From Candidatus Borrarchaeum weybense (GTDB lineage Archaea > Asgardarchaeota > Sifarchaeia > Borrarchaeales > Borrarchaeaceae), in NCBI GenBank assembly GCA_019057385.1, contig JAHQJS010000004.1:773062-837061 (forward strand): a stretch of 64,000 bases of DNA, in the 5' to 3' direction. Shown piece by piece: positions 57,106 through 64,000 of this stretch; positions within the stretch are counted from its first letter, which is position 1, and each line of letters opens with the position of its first letter. Position numbers and translations under genes: made by a program. Below the pieces are notes generated by a model. That model worked only from the letters and a program-made list of their open reading frames with translations, made no database searches and was not told the origin of the DNA.

Positions 57106-60060
57106 ATGCAACTAGGAATCTTAGGAGCAAATGTGATCGTATTAGTCATTCCCGTGATTATTGTTATACTCGTGTTTCTTCTTTGGAAAGATAAGCGCTT
57201 AGTTAAGATGGCATTTCGCAACCTAGGGCGAAGAAAGACTCGTAATTTTCTCACTGTGGTAGGAGTGATGGCCTCTGTCAGTTTGTATGTAGCATTTAAC
57301 ATAGCTAGTGATAATACGTATCAAATTGTTTACAACGTGGTTGAACTTCTGGGAGGCAACGTAGATTTCGAAGTCAGTCGAGTTGATGGTGAACCCTTTA
57401 ATGAAGACCTTCTCGAGGACATCTTGCAGGTGGAGGGAGTGAAAGCAGCAGCCCCTCGGATACAGCGATATAGTGTGATCTATGTCAAAGCTGATGGAAA
57501 CTCGACCACGGCAGTTGTTGTTGGCATAGATCCACAGTACGATAACGAGTTTGGAGAGCTCTTTGATTACAACACTAGCGAATCCATCGATACCAGTGAA
57601 GTCCTTACTGGAAAGGTCGCCATAGTGAGTGAATCGCTGATGGATGGCATTAATTGGCAGGAAGAAGTCAATGATGATGAGTTTGAGATCGTCAATGCCA
57701 CCGTTGGAGATAGCATGATGATTAAATACCGAGGTGGAAGCACAATAAAGAAGGAGCGTTGGGAGATCGCCTCTTTTGCAGAAGTTACTGGTAAAGCCCA
57801 ACAAGTGGGTTGGGGTTCGTGCGTCTTTATATCATTAGAAAGCGCCCAAAAGTTCTTTCCCAAGTGTAAGGGAAAGGTTGATCAGATTATAGTAGAAATG
57901 GATCCAGCGTACGGAACTGAATGGCAAGAAGTGCAGCAAAGAATTAAGGATGTAGTAGGAGAGGATCTTGAGGTCTTTGCACCAAAACAAGCGACTTTGG
58001 AAGCTAACCAAGCTGTCATTTCATTTATTCAATTAGGTATCTTTTTCGCTGGAGCGGCAACATTGCTTGCGATGTTATTTCTGATATTTAATACAGCAAA
58101 TATGACCATAGCCGAGCGTAAGTATGAAATAGGAGTCCTTCGATCCACTGGGTTTAAGAAAAGGCATGTCTTTAGGATCTTTCTTTACGAAATTCTTGCA
58201 TTCGGCATAGCGGGATCCGCAATTGGTATATTCGCCGGTATATGGCTATCAGATGGACTAACGTGGTACTTCAAAACTCTAATACAAATACCTATCGATG
58301 TGCCCTTTGAAGAGATGAAAGGCGTTGCTATTAATCCAGGATATCTCATAGAAGGTTTTGTTCTTGGCGTCATCTTCACACTACTTGGAGGCTTGTATCC
58401 GCTTTTCAGTATAACTAATTTGAACGTCATAAACGCACTGCGACCAGAAGCCCGATCAAGCAAGAAACTCACTTTGAAACATAGGATTCGATGGGTCGCT
58501 AGTGGGAGCGTACTCCTCGGTGTTGGTTTGAGTCTTATATTCGTTTTACCGTTTGTTCTGGGACTTGAAATTTCATTTCTTACGAGTATATTCCTGTTAA
58601 TGGTGGCAACTGGAATAATACTCCTATTGGGTGGTCTTAAACGAAAATACCTAACGATTGGTGCAGGCGTAGTACTACTAGCAGTCGGTCTTTTTGATGT
58701 GTTCTTCGGTGGTTCAATTATTTCGATTTTTGCTCTCATGATAGGCTCTATCATCTTTACTGCAGGCATCCTCAGAGGTGTAGGAGGTGCGTTCGATTTC
58801 ATCGTTGGACGTATTCCAGGGTTAAAGTATGTAAGCAATTTGGCGTCTAAGAACATAGCAAGAAAGCGGACCAGATCTACTCTTACCTTTGGAATTTTTA
58901 CGATTTGTTTAGCGCTTGTAATTGCAATAGCTTCAATCATGACAGCACTCGAAATTGGAATTTTGGATTTCGTTGACCAAAGCTTAGAAGGTAACCTGAT
59001 CGTTGGTACTGATGTTGGAGCACCCCCTACTCTCAGCGGAAATATTACAAGAAATATTGAAGGTATTCACTGGGCAAATACAAGTGAAGGAATGATTCCA
59101 GCCTGCACTGTCTTGGAAGGAGCGGGTGCACGTTTCGAACTGTGGGATGAAGATTACGATTCGCTGCTTATAGGTATCAATAGCACTAATTATGTTGTCG
59201 TGAATGAACAAACTCTACCGTCTAAAATCATTGATCCAAATGGTACAGATACTTTCAAGTTATTTAAGCGACTTAAGAATCCACACGAAAATGCTTGTAT
59301 CATAAGTGATAGACTTGCCTATGAACTCAATGTCAAAGTGGGACAAAAAACACCGATACAAATCTCAGCACATGGAAACACAACGGAGTTCAAAGTTATT
59401 GGGATAATGCATGAAGATTTATTCGGCTATCCGCAACCGGGTTACTTCTGCTTAATTGACATTGATCGTTTCTATGAATTTGGCGTTGATAAAACGGTCC
59501 ATACTTTCTTCATTAAATTAGACCGACGCTATATGAACGGCACAGCAGTTGATCCGCAAGTCGTGGCAGACCAGATCGACGAAAGGTGGGGCGACGAATA
59601 CAAACTAGAATTTGTAATGAAAGAAGACATCAAACAGGAAGTTCACGAACAAGCCAAACAAATAGGGACATTCTTCAATATCATAACCTATTCCAGTATC
59701 GTTGTTGGCTTGCTAGTTTTGGCAACCACTATGATCAAAATAGTCAGTGAGAGACGGCGCGAAATTGGCTTACTCCGAACAATAGGCATAAAAAAACAGG
59801 GCGTGATAATGCTTATCCTTTCTGAGTCGATATTCCTGGCTCTTATCGGGCTTTTGCTTGGGATTATCGATGGATACATCTTAGGATATACACTTGTTCA
59901 GGCATTGGGTGACGTAGGTCCTATGCAGTTTGTAATGCCGTGGGACGCTATTGTCCAAACTACTGTAGTGGCACTCGCAATTGCAGTCATCGGTGCGATA
60001 TTTCCCGCGTGGAAAGCCAGTCGGATACCTCCAGCTGAGTCATTGAGATATACAGGATAG
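57106..60060 (+). CDS. FtsX/MacB-like ABC permease (duplicated domains)
   Basis: Two ERxxEIGxLRxxG motifs, large extracellular loops, PAWKASRIPPAESLRY. Confidence 0.9.
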   Translation: MQLGILGANVIVLVIPVIIVILVFLLWKDKRLVKMAFRNLGRRKTRNFLTVVGVMASVSLYVAFNIASDNTYQIVYNVVELLGGNVDFEVSRVDGEPFNEDLLEDILQVEGVKAAAPRIQRYSVIYVKADGNSTTAVVVGIDPQYDNEFGELFDYNTSESIDTSEVLTGKVAIVSESLMDGINWQEEVNDDEFEIVNATVGDSMMIKYRGGSTIKKERWEIASFAEVTGKAQQVGWGSCVFISLESAQKFFPKCKGKVDQIIVEMDPAYGTEWQEVQQRIKDVVGEDLEVFAPKQATLEANQAVISFIQLGIFFAGAATLLAMLFLIFNTANMTIAERKYEIGVLRSTGFKKRHVFRIFLYEILAFGIAGSAIGIFAGIWLSDGLTWYFKTLIQIPIDVPFEEMKGVAINPGYLIEGFVLGVIFTLLGGLYPLFSITNLNVINALRPEARSSKKLTLKHRIRWVASGSVLLGVGLSLIFVLPFVLGLEISFLTSIFLLMVATGIILLLGGLKRKYLTIGAGVVLLAVGLFDVFFGGSIISIFALMIGSIIFTAGILRGVGGAFDFIVGRIPGLKYVSNLASKNIARKRTRSTLTFGIFTICLALVIAIASIMTALEIGILDFVDQSLEGNLIVGTDVGAPPTLSGNITRNIEGIHWANTSEGMIPACTVLEGAGARFELWDEDYDSLLIGINSTNYVVVNEQTLPSKIIDPNGTDTFKLFKRLKNPHENACIISDRLAYELNVKVGQKTPIQISAHGNTTEFKVIGIMHEDLFGYPQPGYFCLIDIDRFYEFGVDKTVHTFFIKLDRRYMNGTAVDPQVVADQIDERWGDEYKLEFVMKEDIKQEVHEQAKQIGTFFNIITYSSIVVGLLVLATTMIKIVSERRREIGLLRTIGIKKQGVIMLILSESIFLALIGLLLGIIDGYILGYTLVQALGDVGPMQFVMPWDAIVQTTVVALAIAVIGAIFPAWKASRIPPAESLRYTG

Positions 60061-60137
60061 TCTGTGTACACTTCTTCTATCCTTTTCTTTCCTTTATTCA
60101 ATAACAAACAAAAAACGACAAAAAAGAGGAGATAAAT

Positions 60138-60224
60138 ATGCCAAGTCTTATGAACGAAAATATTTGTTGGACTCTGCTATTGCTCTGTTTATGTGTATTG
60201 GTCATCTTATATGGCCTAATTTAG
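60138..60224 (+). CDS. Possible 28-aa single-TM peptide
   Basis: GAGGAG SD then MPSLMNENICWTLLLLCLCVLVILYGLI*. Confidence 0.3.
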   Translation: MPSLMNENICWTLLLLCLCVLVILYGLI

Positions 60225-60429
60225 AAAGGATGTCTAAACTTAGGAGGAATTTTGACCATAACCAATTCGTACATGATAGATTTCTTGACCATAAGCTATA
60301 CAGGTTGTGTCATTACAAGAGTCCTAACAATCAAAGGAAGAAATAAAACCTTATATAATAAGGAATATCCACATTTATCTGTTATCGTGCTTGATGTATG
60401 GATGGTTATCACCGGAGGTTTTAGATAAG

Positions 60430-61299
60430 ATGAATGAGATCTCAGTTATTGGACGGATAAAAGAAGGATTCAAGATCTGGAGAAAAGGATGGTTAAGCTT
60501 CATACTTGCTGTAATTTTGCTATCATTTGTTTTTATAATCGTATTGATCCCAGTGAGTTTTGGCATTGCGGGTATTGCGGGTATTGGAGTTTATTTTGAA
60601 GAAAGTTTGATTTCAGTAGCGATAACAGCTTTTACGGTAACAGTTTTTGGCATCGCATTTAATTTCATTGTTATCGGAACGATGTGCGGTCTAGGAAAAG
60701 AACTCATCGAGATCGAAGATACCCGAGCCGAAAACACTCTGCACTACATTAAAAGTTTTGGTTTAAGATTTGCTGCGATAGGTATCATAATCGGAGCTGT
60801 AGTTATTGGACCGTTTATGGTTGTAGGTATCACCTTCGCCTTCATAAACATCTTACCTGCTCTCTCATTAAATCTGTGGGCAGGTATTGCAGTTAGCATT
60901 TTATCGTTTATTGTTGCCTTTTTCCTCTTCGTTCCTTTCGCCCTCTCGATACCAGCATGCCTTATAGAGGATATAGGGCCAATTGAATCAATAAAAACCA
61001 GTTTTCACGCTTTCAGAAAGAATCCTAAGACAATATCAGTATTGCTAGCGTCATTTATTGTAATTTTCGTTGCTTTACTTGCGCTTCCTATCATAGGTTT
61101 AATAATCGGATTTGTTCAAACACCCTTTGCTGTGATATTAGCCGGTGTTCTTGGCACATTTGCTGTTATAGCATTCTTTGTTTGTATTTTTGTGATTCTC
61201 CCGGTAATGTGCGTCACGTTTACAAAATTTTACTATGATTACAAACTCCCAGAAAAGGAGGAGGTTTCTGAAGAAGATCTGCCAATAAGGCTACTTTAA
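60430..61299 (+). CDS. Multi-pass membrane protein (duplicate unit 1)
   Basis: About 6 TMs, GP/NAIESIKTS motif; paralog of 62220-63059. Confidence 0.75.
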   Translation: MNEISVIGRIKEGFKIWRKGWLSFILAVILLSFVFIIVLIPVSFGIAGIAGIGVYFEESLISVAITAFTVTVFGIAFNFIVIGTMCGLGKELIEIEDTRAENTLHYIKSFGLRFAAIGIIIGAVVIGPFMVVGITFAFINILPALSLNLWAGIAVSILSFIVAFFLFVPFALSIPACLIEDIGPIESIKTSFHAFRKNPKTISVLLASFIVIFVALLALPIIGLIIGFVQTPFAVILAGVLGTFAVIAFFVCIFVILPVMCVTFTKFYYDYKLPEKEEVSEEDLPIRLL

Positions 61300-61342
61300 C
61301 GAAGATATTTTGCAAACGATCCAATACAAAAAAGCGACTTAG

Positions 61343-61954
61343 GTGAAACCTGAAATGCAACAAACTATGGTTGTAAGAGATAAGGAAGTTCTGAAATCAC
61401 TTATATCACCGATCCGATCGAAGATCTTACAACTTCTTATCAACGAAGAACTTGCAGTTCAACAATTGGCAAATAAGTTAGAAACATCTGCCGGCTCAGC
61501 ATATTATCATGTAAAAGGTTTACAGGACGCTGGACTCGTTGAAGAAACGCGTACAGAAATGGAAAAGAATATCATGATGCGGTTTTACCGTGCGGTAGCG
61601 AGGCAGTTCAAGGTTGATTTTAGTATAATTACTGACGAGGCTGATGAAGAGGTTACCAAATGGGTCAAGAGCCGTGTAGAAAGCATAATTACTGGTTTGC
61701 AAGCGTATAATATTGTAATCCCAAAAGAAAAATTTCCTGATGCTGTAAAGTATTTAACAGAGTTAGTTAACCTCGAAAACAAGATAAAGGAAGAGATCTC
61801 ACCTACGAGTCCTGAACTATTGAATAATATTGCACCCTCCATACGTGAAGATATTTCTTCCCTCATGGAAATGTATCATCAAAATCAAGACAATGATTTA
61901 ATCAATGCGCGAGAAAAACTGATCTCTTTTCTAAGGAAATATGAAAAAACCTGA
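61343..61954 (+). CDS. ArsR-family wHTH regulator with C-terminal helical domain (unit 1)
   Basis: SPIRSKILQLL...YYHVKGLQDAGLVE...FYRAVA. Confidence 0.85.
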   Translation: MKPEMQQTMVVRDKEVLKSLISPIRSKILQLLINEELAVQQLANKLETSAGSAYYHVKGLQDAGLVEETRTEMEKNIMMRFYRAVARQFKVDFSIITDEADEEVTKWVKSRVESIITGLQAYNIVIPKEKFPDAVKYLTELVNLENKIKEEISPTSPELLNNIAPSIREDISSLMEMYHQNQDNDLINAREKLISFLRKYEKT

Positions 61955-62219
61955 AAGATTTCAGCACTGTTTTTACCGAAAACTAGATTTTTTATCTTTT
62001 TTTCATAAAAAGATTTTTATATATTGATGTTCATTGTACGTTTGATTTATTTCAAACGTATGAATTATTTATAAATAATTAAAAAAAATGGAGATTAAAA
62101 GATTAGTGAGAAGACAGCATTAGAAAGGATTAAGACAGTGTACTAGCGTGCAAACACTTTTTTTGAAAATCGAATGTAAACAAATCTTACTAGAAGACTT
62201 CATGGAGGTTATTGATGAT

Positions 62220-63059
62220 ATGGCAACGACCTCAATAACAGAGTTGCTAAAAGAAGGCTTTAGAATTTGGAAACAAGGATGGTTAAGCTTCATTCTGTCA
62301 GAGATTTTGTTGTTTTTTGCTTTGGCAATCTTATTAGTTCCCACGATGGCTACAGCGAATTATCTTGGAATCGTGAGAGAAACTTCGCCAGCCTTCTTAA
62401 ACCCAATATTAGTTTCAATAATGGCAATAATCGGTATAACCTTCAATAGCGTCGTTATGGGAAGTTTCTGTGGACTGGGAAAAGAACTAATTGAATTCGA
62501 AGATACTAGGGCAGAAAACGCGCTCTATTATTTAAAAAAACAAGGCTTAAGTTTTATAGGAGTTGGTCTCGTAATCGCAATCCTAATCGTTGTCCCATTG
62601 ACACTGATACGCCTCTTCTTGGGTGTAGGCACAAACTTTGAACTTTTAAGAGGTCTTACTATTATCGTTTTTATAATTATATTTTTCCTACTAGCTCCAT
62701 TTGTTATCTCAATACCTGCTGCTGTCATTGATGAGTCAAATGCTATTGAATCAATTAAAACAAGCTTAAATTTCTTACGAGAAGATCCAAAAATGGTCTT
62801 GGGAGTGCTTGGATTTTTTACTATACTATACTTCTTACTTCTTAGCCCAACCTTGGCATTAACGACCAGAAACGCTATTTTGACACATAGATTCATACCT
62901 GTATTCACTCCAGCTATTCTAGCAGTGATAGCCTTCGTTTGTTTCCTTTTTGTGCTGTTCCCGATGATGTCAATCACCTTCACAAAGCTTTACTACAATT
63001 GCAGAATCCCAAAGAAGAAACAGGTTTCAGAAGAGGAGTCACCAATTAGTCTGTTCTAA
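62220..63059 (+). CDS. Multi-pass membrane protein (duplicate unit 2)
   Basis: Shares KEGF.IW..GWLSFIL and CGLGKELIE.EDTRAEN with unit 1. Confidence 0.75.
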   Translation: MATTSITELLKEGFRIWKQGWLSFILSEILLFFALAILLVPTMATANYLGIVRETSPAFLNPILVSIMAIIGITFNSVVMGSFCGLGKELIEFEDTRAENALYYLKKQGLSFIGVGLVIAILIVVPLTLIRLFLGVGTNFELLRGLTIIVFIIIFFLLAPFVISIPAAVIDESNAIESIKTSLNFLREDPKMVLGVLGFFTILYFLLLSPTLALTTRNAILTHRFIPVFTPAILAVIAFVCFLFVLFPMMSITFTKLYYNCRIPKKKQVSEEESPISLF

Positions 63060-63084
63060 AAAAGTTCGTAGGAGTAGAAACAAG

Positions 63085-63708
63085 TTGAAACAACTTATGG
63101 TTTTGAGAAATATAGAAGTTTTGAAAGCACTCCTCTCTAGCTGGAGATCGAAAATACTGCAGCTTCTTATTGTCCAAGAATATACGGTGCAACAATTGAC
63201 AAAAATGTTGATAGAGATGACAGGAGAGAAGATTAACCCTGGTACGGTATACCATCATATAAAAGTCTTGCAGGAGGCAGGACTAGTTGAAGAAACACGC
63301 CAAGAAATTGAAAAAAATATAGTTATGAAGTTTTACCGCGCCGTAGCCAGAGATTTTAGAGTTGATTTTAGTGTATTAACAGGCAAAGATGAGACTCATA
63401 GAGATGTTACTCAATGGCTTGAAAGCCGTGTAACAGGTTTAATAGACACGTTAAAAGCTTATAATATCAATATTGATCCTGAAAATTACGTCGAAGCAGC
63501 AGAGCATATAAAAGAATTCATCAACCTTGAAAATAAACTAAAAGAAGAGATTTCATCAAAAAATCCTGAACTCTTAAAAAATAAAGATCCTTCGATAATA
63601 AAAGACGCCTTCTCGCTCATGACCCTTTATCTCCTAAACCAAAATGAAGAATACGTTATGTTACGAGAAAAATTGTTAGATTTCCTAAAAATGCATGAAA
63701 GTTCATGA
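63085..63708 (+). CDS. ArsR-family wHTH regulator (unit 2)
   Basis: RSKILQLL...YHHIKVLQEAGLVEETR...FYRAVA. Confidence 0.85.
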   Translation: MKQLMVLRNIEVLKALLSSWRSKILQLLIVQEYTVQQLTKMLIEMTGEKINPGTVYHHIKVLQEAGLVEETRQEIEKNIVMKFYRAVARDFRVDFSVLTGKDETHRDVTQWLESRVTGLIDTLKAYNINIDPENYVEAAEHIKEFINLENKLKEEISSKNPELLKNKDPSIIKDAFSLMTLYLLNQNEEYVMLREKLLDFLKMHESS

Positions 63709-63789
63709 AGTAAAAAGGTGTTGGATTAGAAAGATTTATTTGCTAATAAATATCTTTCAAAAACTCCACTCCAAAAGAGGTAGAAAAAG

Positions 63790-64000
63790 TTGAATAAAGA
63801 AAATTCGACGATGGTAAAGACAATCAACCTTCACAAAACATACGTCTCAGGTTCACTTGCCGTACAGGCGGTTCGTGGCATAGATTTAGAAGTTAAAAAA
63901 GGCGAATTTATAGCAATCATGGGTCCTAGTGGCTCGGGAAAATCGACTTTGATAAACTGTTTAGCCGCTATAGACACGCCAACAATGGGAGACATTTTCA
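63790..64000 (+). CDS. MacB/LolD-type ABC ATPase, N-terminal part (runs off the window)
   Basis: Manual translation: NLHKTY...VQAVRGIDLEVKKGEFIAIMGPSGSGKST; GAGGT SD. Confidence 0.88.
   Translation, partial: MNKENSTMVKTINLHKTYVSGSLAVQAVRGIDLEVKKGEFIAIMGPSGSGKSTLINCLAAIDTPTMGDIF

Noticed and set aside
51525-59211. Long antisense ORFs (51525-52139, 57223-57804, 58185-58940 and similar ones across the window)
   Set aside because: They are shadow frames opposite well-supported genes.
61255-61299. Acidic dileucine sorting signal in EEDLPIRLL
   Set aside because: The spacing fits neither [DE]xxxL[LI] nor DxxLL, and the paralog ends in LF.

Overview
AT-rich (roughly one-third GC by eye), gene-dense archaeal chromosomal window, most likely from an Asgard archaeon. 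This is inferred from a two-domain eukaryote-like Rpo5/RPB5, longin/DENN-like proteins, V4R and Yip1 proteins, alongside archaeal markers (Alba, RFC-L, Nre, XPB, CofC/CofD). Most of the window is housekeeping or metabolic: iscS, XPB helicase, two tandem alba, cofD/cofC, leuB-like, rfcL, guaB, Pyl-free mtmB plus corrinoid protein plus ECF transporter, and MacB/FtsX ABC systems. The best candidate for an undescribed system is a co-oriented island at about 33.1-36.9 kb: four small related HTH/wHTH genes, a Swt1-like HEPN RNase with an extra N-terminal domain, and a transposase-less, zinc-finger-less TnpB-like RuvC protein. Other highlights are a ~390-bp ORF-less IS200/IS605-type element with a TATA box and a highly structured RNA (candidate stand-alone omegaRNA), a subtilase with site-1-protease (MBTPS1)-like architecture, a P-type ATPase whose ion-binding motif PEGL is replaced by flippase-like PINI, longin-DENN paralogs, an unannotated 46-aa C4 zinc-finger gene, two apparent ATT start codons and a 30-bp periodic promoter repeat. 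No rRNA, tRNA or CRISPR array was recognised. All family calls come from motif recognition by eye; no searches were run.
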